From: an uncultured Bradyrhizobium sp.
Lineage (GTDB): Bacteria; Pseudomonadota; Alphaproteobacteria; Rhizobiales; Xanthobacteraceae
NCBI GenBank assembly: GCA_964609175.1
Contig: CAZSRR010000027.1
Coordinates: 21,276 to 85,275, forward strand
Direction of reading: 5' to 3'
DNA: 64,000 nt
The position numbers were made by a program, and so were the translations under genes. Positions 38,027 to 48,200 of this stretch are shown in pieces. The notes beneath the pieces were generated by a model. The model was not told where the DNA came from and ran no database searches. It was given only the letters and a program-made list of their open reading frames with translations. The stretch's first letter is position 1; every line of letters starts with the position of its first letter.

Positions 38027-39322
38027 ATGCCCGCACCCAAGCCGCCTGCCTTCGAGACCCTGAGCCTGCACGCCGGCCAGCGGCCCGACCCCGCCACCGG
38101 CGCCCGCGCCGTTCCGATCTATCAGACGACGTCCTACGTATTCCAGGATTCCGATCACGCGGCCGCGCTGTTCAACCTGGAGCGCGCCGGCCACATCTAT
38201 ACCCGCATCTCCAACCCGACCACGGCGGTGCTCGAGGAGCGGCTGTCGGCGCTCGAGGCCGGCGTCGGCGCGATCTGCACCGCCAGCGGCATGGCGGCGC
38301 TGCACCTGGCGATCGCAACCATCCTCAACGCCGGCGACCACATCGTCGCGTCCGCCTCGCTGTACGGCGGCACCATCAATTTATTGGCGCATACCCTGCC
38401 GCGTTTCGGTATCACCACGACCTTCGTCAAGCCGCGCGAACTCGATGAATTCCGCGCCGCCATCAGGCCGAACACGCGGTTGATCATCGGCGAGACCATC
38501 GGCAATCCCGGACTTGAGGTACTCGATATCCCGGCCGTCGCTGAGATCGCGCATGACGCCAAAATCCCGCTGCTGATCGACAACACCTTTGCCACGCCAT
38601 TCCTGAGCCGGCCGATCGAGCTCGGCGCCGACCTCGTGATGAATTCCGCAACCAAGTGGATCGGCGGCCACGGCATCGCGATCGGCGGCGTTATTGTCGA
38701 CGGCGGCCGCTTCGACTGGCACGCGTCGGGAAAATTCCCGCAGCTGACCGAGCCGTATGCCGGCTATCACGGCATTGTCTTCGACGAGCAGTTCGGCCAG
38801 GCCGCCTTCATCATGCGCGCCCGCACCGAGGGCTTGCGCGATTTCGGCGCCTGCCTGTCGCCGACCAACGCGTTTCAGCTGCTACAGGGCGTCGAGACGC
38901 TGGGTATCCGCATGGAACGCCACATGAGCAACACGCTCGCGGTGCTGGAGGCCCTGACCGCCAACAAGGCGGTCGACTGGGTGCTGCATCCGGCGCTGGA
39001 ACATCACCCCGACCACCAGCTTGCGAAGCGGCTGTTGCCGCGCGGCGCCGGATCGATCGTCTCGTTCGGCATCAAGGGCGGGCGCGCGGCGGGCAAGAAA
39101 TTCATCGAATCGCTTCGGATGATCAGCCACCTTGCCAATGTCGGCGACGCCAAGACGCTGGTGATCCACCCCGCCAGCACCACGCATCAGCAGATGGACG
39201 CCGAACAACTGAAGGCCGCGGGCATCGGCGAAGAGCTCGTGAGGTTGTCGGTCGGCATCGAAACCGTCTCCGACATCATCGACGATCTCGGCCAGGCGCT
39301 TCGCGCATCGCAGAAGGTTTGA
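38027..39322 (+). CDS. O-acetylhomoserine/O-acylserine sulfhydrylase (MetY/MetC family, PLP)
   Basis: [55 protein letters not shown]. Confidence 0.92.
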   Translation: MPAPKPPAFETLSLHAGQRPDPATGARAVPIYQTTSYVFQDSDHAAALFNLERAGHIYTRISNPTTAVLEERLSALEAGVGAICTASGMAALHLAIATILNAGDHIVASASLYGGTINLLAHTLPRFGITTTFVKPRELDEFRAAIRPNTRLIIGETIGNPGLEVLDIPAVAEIAHDAKIPLLIDNTFATPFLSRPIELGADLVMNSATKWIGGHGIAIGGVIVDGGRFDWHASGKFPQLTEPYAGYHGIVFDEQFGQAAFIMRARTEGLRDFGACLSPTNAFQLLQGVETLGIRMERHMSNTLAVLEALTANKAVDWVLHPALEHHPDHQLAKRLLPRGAGSIVSFGIKGGRAAGKKFIESLRMISHLANVGDAKTLVIHPASTTHQQMDAEQLKAAGIGEELVRLSVGIETVSDIIDDLGQALRASQKV

Positions 39323-39325
39323 GCC

Positions 39326-40108
39326 ATGCAACTTTCCGTCAATGGTGCCGATGTCTTCGTTGCGACCGGCGGCCGTCCGTTCGATCCATCGCTGCCGGCG
39401 GTGGTGATGCTGCACGGCGCAGGCTTCGATCATTCGACCTGGGCGCTGCACAGCCGCTGGTTCGCGCATCACGGCTATTCCGTGCTGGCGCCGGATCTGC
39501 CGGGCCACGGCCGCTCCGCCGGCAGGCCGCTGCCGACCATCGCCGACATGGCGGACTGGACCGCGGCGCTGATCGAGGCCGCCGGCGCATCGAAAGCCAG
39601 GCTCGTCGGCCATTCGATGGGATCGCTGATCGCGCTGGAAACATCCGCACGGCATCCCGACAGGGTTTCCGGCCTCAGCCTGATCGGCACCGCCGCGACG
39701 ATGACGGTCGGCCCCGACCTGCTGAAGGCGGCGGAAGCCAACAGCCCCGACGCCATCGACATGGTCTCGATCTGGGGCCTCGGCTTCAAGGCCGAACTCG
39801 GCGGCAGCCTCGCGCCGGGACTGTGGATGCATCAGGGCGCGCAACGCGTTCTGCAGCAGACGCGGCCGGGCGTGCTCTACAACGATCTCAACGCCTGCAA
39901 TTCCTATCAGAATGCGCTGGCGGCCGCCGCGCAGGTCAAGGTGCCCGCGACGTTCATCCTCGGCGAGCGCGACATGATGACACCGGCAAAGGCGGGCAAG
40001 ACGTTGGCGGCGGCGACCCCGAATGCGCGCACGATCGTGGTGCCGGGCGTGGGCCACATGATCATGGCCGAAGCGCCGGACGAACTGCTGACGGCACTAC
40101 GGGAGTAG
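39326..40108 (+). CDS. Alpha/beta hydrolase
   Basis: LHGAG, DLPGHG, GHSMG nucleophile, GERD, GHM. Confidence 0.88.
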   Translation: MQLSVNGADVFVATGGRPFDPSLPAVVMLHGAGFDHSTWALHSRWFAHHGYSVLAPDLPGHGRSAGRPLPTIADMADWTAALIEAAGASKARLVGHSMGSLIALETSARHPDRVSGLSLIGTAATMTVGPDLLKAAEANSPDAIDMVSIWGLGFKAELGGSLAPGLWMHQGAQRVLQQTRPGVLYNDLNACNSYQNALAAAAQVKVPATFILGERDMMTPAKAGKTLAAATPNARTIVVPGVGHMIMAEAPDELLTALRE

Positions 40109-40128
40109 CGGCGACACACTCCGCTCCC

Positions 40129-40221
40129 GTAGCGTGGGCAAAGCGTAGCGTGCCCACCATCTCGCAACCTGCTCGCGGATGGATGGTGGGCACGTCGCTA
40201 TCGCTCCTTTGCTCACCCTAC
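40129..40221. repeat. GTAG-type REP doublet
   Basis: GTAGCGTGGGCAAAGCG...GTGCCCACC...GGTGGGCAC...TTTGCTCACCCTAC. Confidence 0.8.
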
Positions 40222-40284
40222 GAGACTCCTCCTCCAGGGGAGGGCAATCGCATATGGACGAAATCGCCTTGGCGGCAACTCTCC

Positions 40285-40366
40285 GTCAGGCCGGGCTTGT
40301 CCCGGGCATCCACGTTCTGGTGCTGCAGCAAAGGACGTGGATGGCCGGGACAAGCCCGGCCATGAC
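40285..40366. repeat. REP element (GTCAGGCCGGGCTTGTCCCGG...CCGGGACAAGCCCGGCCATGAC)
   Basis: Long inverted repeat, same family as 53547-53633. Confidence 0.85.
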
Positions 40367-40389
40367 GAAAGAAAGGAGCACGCTGCCGG

Positions 40390-40839
40390 CTATTGCGCCC
40401 GCCTCAGCGTCCCCGCACGCGCCCGGACCGGATCGAGCAGCGACCAGTCGCCTTCCTTCAGCGTGTAGCCCTTCGGGAACGGCGCGCGCAGTTCGAGGCC
40501 GAGCGAGCGCAGCACGCGGTCGTCACGATAATAGCATTGCAGGACGACGCGGACGAGCGTCGCCGCCGCGGCGCCGCCGGTGGCGCGGAATTCGGACGCT
40601 ACCGCATCGCGCCTGCCCTGTTCGAGTTCGGCCAGCGGCTTTCCGGCGAGCCGCGCCAGATGGTCGAGCGCCTGCTTCACCAGCGCGGTATCGCGGCCAA
40701 GCGTCGCCAGCATGTCGGCCTGGATCGCGGGATCGTCGGCGCCGGGCACCTGATACTCGTCGCTGGCGGGAATGATCATGGCGGCGACGGTGCGGAGGTC
40801 GTCGCGCTGGGTGGATGTCAATTGAAGGGCTTCGGACAT
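40390..40839 (-). CDS. Small partner protein of the GMC oxidoreductase (gluconate 2-dehydrogenase subunit 3-like)
   Basis: IIPASDEYQVPGADDP, VVLQCYYRDDRV, PFPKGY; directly follows the GMC gene. Confidence 0.7.
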   Translation of the reverse strand: MSEALQLTSTQRDDLRTVAAMIIPASDEYQVPGADDPAIQADMLATLGRDTALVKQALDHLARLAGKPLAELEQGRRDAVASEFRATGGAAAATLVRVVLQCYYRDDRVLRSLGLELRAPFPKGYTLKEGDWSLLDPVRARAGTLRRAQ

Positions 40840-40846
40840 GGCGGTC

Positions 40847-42445
40847 TCAATCGAACAGGTTGGCAAGGCGCTGTTTCATCTGGTCGGCGATGTAGAGCGC
40901 GATCGCCTGGATGGTCGAGGTCGGGTTGACGCCGCCGGAGGTCACGAACACGCTGCCGTCGACGATGAACAGGTTCTTGACGTCGTGCGAGCGGCCCCAT
41001 TCGTTGACCACCGAGCGCGCGGGGTCGGTCCCCATCCGCGCCGTGCCGAGCAGGTGCCAGCCGCCCCACGGGATCGGGTCGTTGATGCAGATGTCGGTCG
41101 CGCCGGCGGCTTCGAGGATTTCGCGGCCGCGTGCCAGGCCGTGGTCCATCATCTTCCGGCTGTTGGCGCTGATCGTGTAGTCGATCTTCGGCGCCGGAAT
41201 GCCGTGGCTGTCCTTCAGCACGGGATCGAGCGTGACGCGGTTGTGCTCCTCCGGCAGGTCCTCGCAGATCGCCGATACCGCGAGGCGATGGCCGTTCAGC
41301 CTGCGGAACACGCGGTGATGATCCGCGCCCCACGGCAAGATGCCCTTCTGCTCGCTGGCGACCGCCTCGAACACCGGGCCCGCGCCGCGGCCGAACTGGA
41401 TGCCGTAGCCGCGGACGAAACCGCGCGACAGGTCCGTGTCGTAAAACTCCTTGCTCCACAGGCAGGTCGGCGGCGCACGGTTGCTGTCGGTCGGCTCCTT
41501 CACAAAACCGTAGATCTGCGCATAGGGATGGAACATCAGGTTCTTGCCGACCAGCCCCGACGAATTGGCGAGCCCGTTCGGGAAGCGGCCGGAGACCGAG
41601 TTCAAGAGCAGCCGCGGCGTGCCGACGCCGTTGCAGGCGATGATGACGACCTCGGCCGGCTGGAACTGCTCGACGCCGTCCTTGTCGTAATAGACCACGC
41701 CGGAGGCCATGCCGTGCTCGTTGGTCAGGATCTCGCGCACGCGGCAATGGGTCTTCAGTTCGACGCCGGCGCGGATCGCGTGCGGCCAATAGGTGATGTC
41801 GGTCGAAGCCTTCGCGCCTTGCGCGCAGGCCGGCGTGCAATGGCCGAGATTGATGCAGCGCGCCCTGCCCTCGTAGTCCATCGTCGCCACCGTCGTGTCC
41901 GACGGCCACCAGTGCCAGCCGAGCTTGTTCATGGCGTTGCCGATCAGCGGGCCTGAGAGCCCGAGCGGCTGCGGCGGCATCGGCGGATGCGTCAGCGGCG
42001 AGAGTGGATCGCCTGACAGGCCGGAGACGCCCATCATCCGGTCGTTCTCCTCGAAGAACGGCGTGAGCGCGTCGTAATCGATCGGCCAGTCGTCGGCGAC
42101 GCCGTCGAGCGTCTTCACCTTGAAATCGGAGGGATGCAGCCGCGGCCAGTGCGCGGTGTACATCACGGTCGAGCCGCCGACGGCGTTGAAGTTCACCACC
42201 TTGATCGGCGAGTTGTCGTCGTTGATCGGATAGTCCTCGGGCCGGCCGCGAATGTTCGGGCTGGTCGACCAGTCGCCATAAAACTTCGCCTCCCAATCGC
42301 GCCCGGTGCTGGGATATTCTGATGGGTTCATCCAGCCGCCCTGGTCGAGGCAAAGTATGTGCATTTTGGTGTCGGCCAGACTCCACGCCACCGCGGCACC
42401 GGATGCGCCGGCGCCGATGATCAGGACGTCAACGGGATCGTTCAT
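40847..42445 (-). CDS. GMC family FAD oxidoreductase
   Basis: IIGAGASG, VGGSTVMY, WPIDY, RCINLGHC, VGKNLMFH, CEDLPEEHNRVTLD, HLLGTARMG, TSGGVNPT. Confidence 0.92.
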   Translation of the reverse strand: MNDPVDVLIIGAGASGAAVAWSLADTKMHILCLDQGGWMNPSEYPSTGRDWEAKFYGDWSTSPNIRGRPEDYPINDDNSPIKVVNFNAVGGSTVMYTAHWPRLHPSDFKVKTLDGVADDWPIDYDALTPFFEENDRMMGVSGLSGDPLSPLTHPPMPPQPLGLSGPLIGNAMNKLGWHWWPSDTTVATMDYEGRARCINLGHCTPACAQGAKASTDITYWPHAIRAGVELKTHCRVREILTNEHGMASGVVYYDKDGVEQFQPAEVVIIACNGVGTPRLLLNSVSGRFPNGLANSSGLVGKNLMFHPYAQIYGFVKEPTDSNRAPPTCLWSKEFYDTDLSRGFVRGYGIQFGRGAGPVFEAVASEQKGILPWGADHHRVFRRLNGHRLAVSAICEDLPEEHNRVTLDPVLKDSHGIPAPKIDYTISANSRKMMDHGLARGREILEAAGATDICINDPIPWGGWHLLGTARMGTDPARSVVNEWGRSHDVKNLFIVDGSVFVTSGGVNPTSTIQAIALYIADQMKQRLANLFD

Positions 42446-42645
42446 TGTGGCTCGCTTCGCTCCCCGAACTATTGTCGCCTCGCGCGATCTGGACGCCACG
42501 ATACGGGCAGATGCGGTCGCGAGTAAAGCCAGCCGGGATTGGCTGACGGCAAACCTGCAACCCTGCCACGCGTCCATTCGGGGTTTGTCCGCCGGCGTGA
42601 GAGCGGGTAGTTTTGGGCAAATTCAGAAACAGAGGAGCGACGCCG

Positions 42646-44241
42646 ATTCCGGACCTCGACGCGATCATCATCGGCGCCGGCCTGTCCGGCATGTACCAGC
42701 TCTATCGACTGCGCGAACTGGGCCTGAAGGTACGCGTGTTCGAGGCCGGCACCGACGTCGGCGGCACCTGGTACTGGAATCGCTATCCCGGCGCGCGCTT
42801 CGATTCCGAAAGCTATTCCTACGGCTATTCCTTCTCCAAGGAATTGCTGCAGGAATGGGACTGGTCGGAGCATTTTGCCGGCCAGCCGGAAACCTTGCGC
42901 TACTGCCAGTATGTCGCCGACAAGTTCGACCTGCGCCGCGACATCCAGTTCGAAAGCCGCGTCACGGCTGCTGTCTACGACGAAGAAACCCGAAGCTGGA
43001 CCGTCACGCTGGAGGACGGCAGCCGATTCAACGCGCGCTTCCTGATTACCGCGATCGGGCCACTGTCCACGCCCACCCTGCCCCGCATCGAGGGGCGCGA
43101 CGACTTCAAGGGCGCGGCGTTTCACACCGCACGTTGGCCGAAAGAGCCGGTCGAGTTCGCCGGCAAGCGCGTCGCCGTGATCGGCACGGGCGCGACCGGC
43201 ATCCAGACCATCCAGACCATCGCGAGCAAGGTCGGGCATCTCACCGTGTTCCAGCGCACGGCGAACTGGGCCGCGCCGCTCCACAACGGCAAGATCGACG
43301 CCGAGACACAGGCGAAGATCAAGGCCGGCTATCCCGAGATTTTCGCGCGTTGTCGCGAAACCTTTGCCTGCTTCATGCACACGCCCGACCCGCGCGGCGC
43401 GTTCGAAGTATCCGACGCGGAGCGCGAGGCCAATTATGAAAGGCTCTACGGCGAGCGCGGTTTCGGCATCTGGGTCGGCAATTTCAACGACATCCTGACC
43501 GATCGCAAGGCGAACGCGACCATCTCCGATTTCGTCGCGCGGAAAATCCGCGAGCGGGTGAAGAACCAGGCGGTGGCCGAGAAGCTGATCCCGAAGAACC
43601 ATGGTTTCGGCACCCGTCGCCTGCCGCTCGAAACGTTTTATTACGAGGTCTACAATCAGGACAATGTCGAACTGGTCGACATCAAGGAAACGCCGATCGA
43701 GCGCATCACGCCTGATGGCATCAAGACCAGCGCGAAGGAATACGAGTTCGACATCATCATCTACGCCACCGGCTTTGACGCCATCACCGGCAGTTTCGAC
43801 AAGATCGATTTTCGCGGCGCCGGCGGCGCGCGGCTGAAGGACAAGTGGAAGCGCGGGCCGGAAACCTATCTCGGCATCATGGTGCATGAGTTTCCCAACA
43901 TGCTGATGCTGATGGGGCCGCACACCGCGCTCGGCAACATTCCGCGCAGCATCGAATACAGCGTCGACTGGGTCACCGGGCTGATCTCGTTTGCGATGAA
44001 AAAGGGGCAGACGCGGCTGGAGGCGACGCCGGACGGCGTGAAATCCTGGACCGACCACGTCAAGGCGCTCGGCGAAGGGTTGCTCGCCAACGAGGTCGAT
44101 TCCTGGATGACCGGCATCAACTCCAACGTCGAAGGCAAGCAGACCCGCATCGTCGCCCGCTACAGCGGCAGCGCGCCGGCCTATCGCGCGCGGTGCGACG
44201 AGGTCGCGGCGAAGGGGTATGAGGAATTAAGGCTGGGGTAG
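42646..44241 (+). CDS. Baeyer-Villiger monooxygenase (cyclohexanone/phenylacetone MO-like)
   Basis: IIGAGLSG, GGTWYWNRYPGARFDSES, FKGAAFHTARWP, GTGATG, FQRT, ATGFDA. Start uncertain: TTG 42613 or ATT 42646 after AGAGGAG. Confidence 0.9.
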   Translation: MPDLDAIIIGAGLSGMYQLYRLRELGLKVRVFEAGTDVGGTWYWNRYPGARFDSESYSYGYSFSKELLQEWDWSEHFAGQPETLRYCQYVADKFDLRRDIQFESRVTAAVYDEETRSWTVTLEDGSRFNARFLITAIGPLSTPTLPRIEGRDDFKGAAFHTARWPKEPVEFAGKRVAVIGTGATGIQTIQTIASKVGHLTVFQRTANWAAPLHNGKIDAETQAKIKAGYPEIFARCRETFACFMHTPDPRGAFEVSDAEREANYERLYGERGFGIWVGNFNDILTDRKANATISDFVARKIRERVKNQAVAEKLIPKNHGFGTRRLPLETFYYEVYNQDNVELVDIKETPIERITPDGIKTSAKEYEFDIIIYATGFDAITGSFDKIDFRGAGGARLKDKWKRGPETYLGIMVHEFPNMLMLMGPHTALGNIPRSIEYSVDWVTGLISFAMKKGQTRLEATPDGVKSWTDHVKALGEGLLANEVDSWMTGINSNVEGKQTRIVARYSGSAPAYRARCDEVAAKGYEELRLG

Positions 44242-44258
44242 CTACGGCACGTTGATTC

Positions 44259-44460
44259 ACCCGCCCCTTGAGGGGGCGGGTCGGCTCACTTTGAGCGCAG
44301 CGAAATGTGAGACGGGGCGGGGTGACAGACCATCCGCGCATTCTCGGTCGGACGTGGAAAGATGGTCGCCCCCGCCAACAGAGCATGCGCGGATAGTCTG
44401 TCACCCCACCCCGCCACGCATCTTGCGATGCGTGTCGACCCGCCCCCTCAAGGGGCGGGT
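44259..44460. repeat. 202-bp MITE/REPIN-like element with perfect 25-bp terminal inverted repeats
   Basis: 44259-44283 ACCCGCCCCTTGAGGGGGCGGGTCG is the exact reverse complement of 44436-44460; an inner GGGGTGACA/TGTCACCCC pair is also present. Confidence 0.8.
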
Positions 44461-44471
44461 AAGGGCCGACC

Positions 44472-47400
44472 TCACCACGCATCAATACATGGCCGCTTCT
44501 TCGTGGCGCGCGGGTCCGGCTTCGGCACCGAGCGCAGGCCGGACATGATCCAGTGCCGCGTATCGGCGGGATCGATCACCTCGTCGATCTCCAGCACCGA
44601 GGCGATCGAGACCGCCTTGCCGTTGGCGTAGAGCTCGGCGACCTTGGCCTTGTAGTAATCCTCGCGCTCGACCGGATCTTCGATCGCTTCCATTTCCTTG
44701 CGGAAGCCGAGCCGCACATAGCCCTCCAGCCCCATGCCGCCGAACTCGCCGGTCGGCCACGCCACGGTGAAGAACGAGGCGTGGAAGCCGCCGCCGATCA
44801 TCGACTGCGCGCCGAGGCCGTAACCCTTGCGCAGCACGATGCCGAACAGCGGCACGGTAAGGCTGGCGCCGGTCACGAACATCCGCGCGACATGGCGCAC
44901 GATCGCGGTCTTTTCGGCTTCGGGGCCGACCATGAATCCAGGCGTATCGCACAGCGACACGATCGGAATATCGAAGGCATCGCAGAGCTGCAGGAAGCGC
45001 GCGGCCTTGTCGCCGGCCGGCGCATCGATCGCGCCGCCGAGATGTTTTGGGTTGTTGGCGATCAGGCCGAACGGCTTGCCCTCGATGCGGATGAAGGCGG
45101 TGATCATGCCGACGCCGAAATCCCGGCGGATTTCCAGCACCGAGCCTTCGTCGGCCAGCAGATCGATCACGTTGCGGATATCGTAAACCCGCAGCCGGTT
45201 TTCCGGGATCGCGCGCCGCAACAGCCGCTGGTCCGGCGCCTTCCAGTCGGCGACCGCCCCCTGGAAGTACGACAAGTATCTTTTCGCCGCAGCGGTGGCT
45301 TCCGCCTCGTCCTCGACCAGGATGTCGATCACCCCGTTCGGCGACTGGAACGACACCGGTCCGACTTCGGCCGGATGATAGACGCCGAGGCCGCCGCCCT
45401 CGATCATCGCGGGCCCGCCCATGCCGATCGAGGCGTTTCGCGTCGCGATGATGACGTCGCAGCAGCCGAGCATCGCGGCGTTGCCGGCGAAGCAATAGCC
45501 GGAGACCACGCCGACCACCGGCACCAGGCCGGAGAGCTTTGCGAATTGCACGAAGGACGGCCCGTCGAGGCCCGTCATGCCGAGCCGGTCGGTGTCGCCG
45601 GGACGGCCGCCGCCGCCCTCGGCATAAAACACCAGCGGCAGCCGCCACTGCTCGGTCAGGCTGAGCATGCGGTCGATCTTCTTGTGGTTCATGTGGCCCT
45701 GGGTGCCGGCCAGCACGGTGTAGTCGTAGGAGATCACCATGCAACGCGCGGCATCCGCGCCGAATTTGTCCGCATTGACGGTGGCGACGCCCGAGATCAG
45801 GCCATCGGCAGGCGTATTGCGGATCAAATCGTCGACCGTGCGCCGCCGCCGCTGGGCGGCAATCGCGAGCGAGCCATACTCGACGAACGAACCGTCATCG
45901 ACGAGATCGGCGATGTTCTCGCGCGCCGTGCGCTGGTTGGTCTTGCGGCGGCGCTCGACCGAGGCGGGGCGGTTTTCGTCGAGCGTGATGGCGTGACGCT
46001 CGATCAGTTCGGCGAGGTCGGCGCGGATGTGGTCGAGATCGACCTCCTCTTCCTCCGCCACGTCATGGGCGTCGATCTCGGCGGGCTCCAGATAAAGGAT
46101 GGTCTCATCCTGCATCAGCGTGGCGCCGACATCGGCGGCGATCTGTATGACCCGGCCGCCATGCGGCGCGGTCACCAGATGCTCCATCTTCATGGATTCC
46201 AGCACGGCGATCTGCTGTCCGGGCCGGACGAGATCCCCTTCGGCGACGTCCACCGCCACGATCGTACCCTGCAGCGGCGCCGGCACCGCGACCGATCCGC
46301 CCGGCCCGGTTGCCGACTCCACGACCGCGAGCGCCAGCGTTTCGTCGTCCGCCGCGGTGCTGGATTCGGCCAGTTCCGTCTCCGCCGGCTCCTCCGCCGC
46401 TCGCCTGGCCTCGCCGACGAGTTCGGCAATATGGGCCTCGATGAAGCCGGTGCTGACGCGGTTCTCGATGAAGTCAGGATGAGCCAGAATGGCCGCGAGG
46501 AACGGGATGTTGGTGGCGACGCCGCCGATCCGGAACTCACGCAAGGTACGCGTGGCCTTGTGCACCACGTCGGTCCAGTCGCCGCCGGCGGAATGCACGA
46601 TCATCTTGGCGAGCAGCGAGTCGAAGGCGGCGCTGGTGCGGTAGCCGGAGTAGCCGAACGTATCGACGCGAACGCCCGGGCCTGACGGCAGGTCGAACGG
46701 CGACAGCGTTCCGCCGGTCGGTTTTGTGCCGCCGGTCTCGTCCATCACCTCCATGTTGACGCGAAGCTGCATCGCATAGCCACGCGGCTTTGGGATGTAG
46801 CCCTGCGCCAGCCCGAGCGAGCCGAGCGTGGCGCCGGCCGCCACCGCAAGCTGCGACTGCACGAGGTCGAGGCCGAGCACTTCCTCGGTGACGGTATGCT
46901 CGACCTGCAGGCGCGGATTGGCTTCGATGAAGGCAAACGCGTGCTCGCTGGTCCTGGCGTCCTTGTCGACGAGGAATTCAAACGTGCCGAGATTGTCGTA
47001 ATTGGCGGCTGCCGCGAGTTCCTTGGCGGCTTCGATGATGCGGCCGCGCAAGGCGTCGTTCAGCGACGGGCTCGGCGCGACTTCGATGAGCTTCTGGTTG
47101 CGGCGCTGGATGGTGCATTCGCGCTCCCAGAGATGGCTGATCGCGCCATAATGGTCGCAGATGATCTGCACCTCGATGTGGCGGGCATTTCGTATCAGTC
47201 GCTCGACATAGACGTCGCCGCTGCCGAAAGAACTCATCGCCTCGGACTGGCAGCGCGCATAGGCCTCCTCCAGCCGGGAGGGGTCATCCACGATGCGCAT
47301 GCCGCGGCCGCCGCCGCCGGCGATCGCCTTGATCATGACGGCGCCGCCGGCCCCCAGGGATTCCAGGAACGCCCTTGCCTCTTCCAGGCTGGTCGCCCCG

Positions 47401-47804
47401 CTGGTGCCTTCGATAACAGGCACGCCGCATCGCGTGGCCAGCGCCTTGGCTTGCGCCTTGTCGCCGAACAGTTCGAGCGAGTCCGGTGACGGCCCGACAA
47501 AGACGATGCTTTCCTCGATGCAGCGCCGTGCCAGGGCGGCGTTTTCGCTGAGGAATCCGTAGCCGGGATGGACGGCGTCGCAGCCGGTCGCCTTGGCCGC
47601 CGCGATCACCGCCTCGATATCGAGATAGGCCTTCGCGCCGCGGCCCGGGATTTCATATGCGGCATCGGCGGCGCGGGCGTGCATCGAATGCGCGTCATCG
47701 GCGGAATGGATGGCGACGGTGTCAAGGCCGGCATCTCCGGCGGCACGCGCGATGCGGATCGCGATCTCGCCGCGGTTGGCAATCAGCAGCTTGTGGAAAG
47801 ACAT
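44472..47804 (-). CDS. Single-chain acyl-CoA carboxylase (BC-BCCP-CT; long-chain acyl-CoA carboxylase-like)
   Basis: IANRGEIA, HPGYGFLSEN, GGGGRGM, RRNQK, EANPRLQVEH; biotin motif ESMKM; CT motifs AGTQG, EGGGGRPGD, GFMVG, GEFGGMG. Confidence 0.92.
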   Translation of the reverse strand: MSFHKLLIANRGEIAIRIARAAGDAGLDTVAIHSADDAHSMHARAADAAYEIPGRGAKAYLDIEAVIAAAKATGCDAVHPGYGFLSENAALARRCIEESIVFVGPSPDSLELFGDKAQAKALATRCGVPVIEGTSGATSLEEARAFLESLGAGGAVMIKAIAGGGGRGMRIVDDPSRLEEAYARCQSEAMSSFGSGDVYVERLIRNARHIEVQIICDHYGAISHLWERECTIQRRNQKLIEVAPSPSLNDALRGRIIEAAKELAAAANYDNLGTFEFLVDKDARTSEHAFAFIEANPRLQVEHTVTEEVLGLDLVQSQLAVAAGATLGSLGLAQGYIPKPRGYAMQLRVNMEVMDETGGTKPTGGTLSPFDLPSGPGVRVDTFGYSGYRTSAAFDSLLAKMIVHSAGGDWTDVVHKATRTLREFRIGGVATNIPFLAAILAHPDFIENRVSTGFIEAHIAELVGEARRAAEEPAETELAESSTAADDETLALAVVESATGPGGSVAVPAPLQGTIVAVDVAEGDLVRPGQQIAVLESMKMEHLVTAPHGGRVIQIAADVGATLMQDETILYLEPAEIDAHDVAEEEEVDLDHIRADLAELIERHAITLDENRPASVERRRKTNQRTARENIADLVDDGSFVEYGSLAIAAQRRRRTVDDLIRNTPADGLISGVATVNADKFGADAARCMVISYDYTVLAGTQGHMNHKKIDRMLSLTEQWRLPLVFYAEGGGGRPGDTDRLGMTGLDGPSFVQFAKLSGLVPVVGVVSGYCFAGNAAMLGCCDVIIATRNASIGMGGPAMIEGGGLGVYHPAEVGPVSFQSPNGVIDILVEDEAEATAAAKRYLSYFQGAVADWKAPDQRLLRRAIPENRLRVYDIRNVIDLLADEGSVLEIRRDFGVGMITAFIRIEGKPFGLIANNPKHLGGAIDAPAGDKAARFLQLCDAFDIPIVSLCDTPGFMVGPEAEKTAIVRHVARMFVTGASLTVPLFGIVLRKGYGLGAQSMIGGGFHASFFTVAWPTGEFGGMGLEGYVRLGFRKEMEAIEDPVEREDYYKAKVAELYANGKAVSIASVLEIDEVIDPADTRHWIMSGLRSVPKPDPRATKKRPCIDAW

Positions 47805-47826
47805 CTAACTACCTGTAGAATCCACT

Positions 47827-47879
47827 TTTGAGCGTGATCTTTCCCGGAAGACCGGTGCCCACGCATCCGGATCATGCCC
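47827..47879. repeat. Degenerate rhizobial RIME-like repeat (GCATGATCCGG...AAAGATCACGCTCAAA on the - strand)
   Basis: Resembles the recalled Rhizobiales 'AGCATGATCCGGAAAAGTG..ACCGGTTTTCC..AAAGATCATGCT' intergenic repeat. Confidence 0.55.
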
Positions 47880-48072
47880 GAGCGATCTTTCATGGTGGGA
47901 TCGAGCACGATGCGAAGGGATTCGCCAAGCGCGTTGAGGGGTGGAGACACAGCCAAAATGGCCGGCCGCGGCGCCTACATTTGCTCCGGCGCGACTTCCA
48001 TGTACTGGCAGACGCGGTACCGTTCCCGATTTCGACAATCCGCGGATACGACCACGCGCCCATTACGCTTCC

Positions 48073-48200
48073 TCTCGAGCGTTTCCCAGCGAAAGCCTGC
48101 CCCGGGCTCGATCCGGGGTGGGAGCCGGCTCACATCAAGAAAACGCGTCAAAACAAGAATCTAGAGCCCTATTCCGACTCAATCGGAAAGGCGCGAGCTC
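48073..48200. repeat. Rhizobial intergenic repeat (GAGCGTTT...AAGAAAACGCGTCAAAACAAGAATCTAGAG)
   Basis: Contains the AAGAAAACGCGTCAAA...CTAGAG motif I recognise from Bradyrhizobium intergenic repeats; internal CCCCGG/CCGGGG hairpin. Confidence 0.6.
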
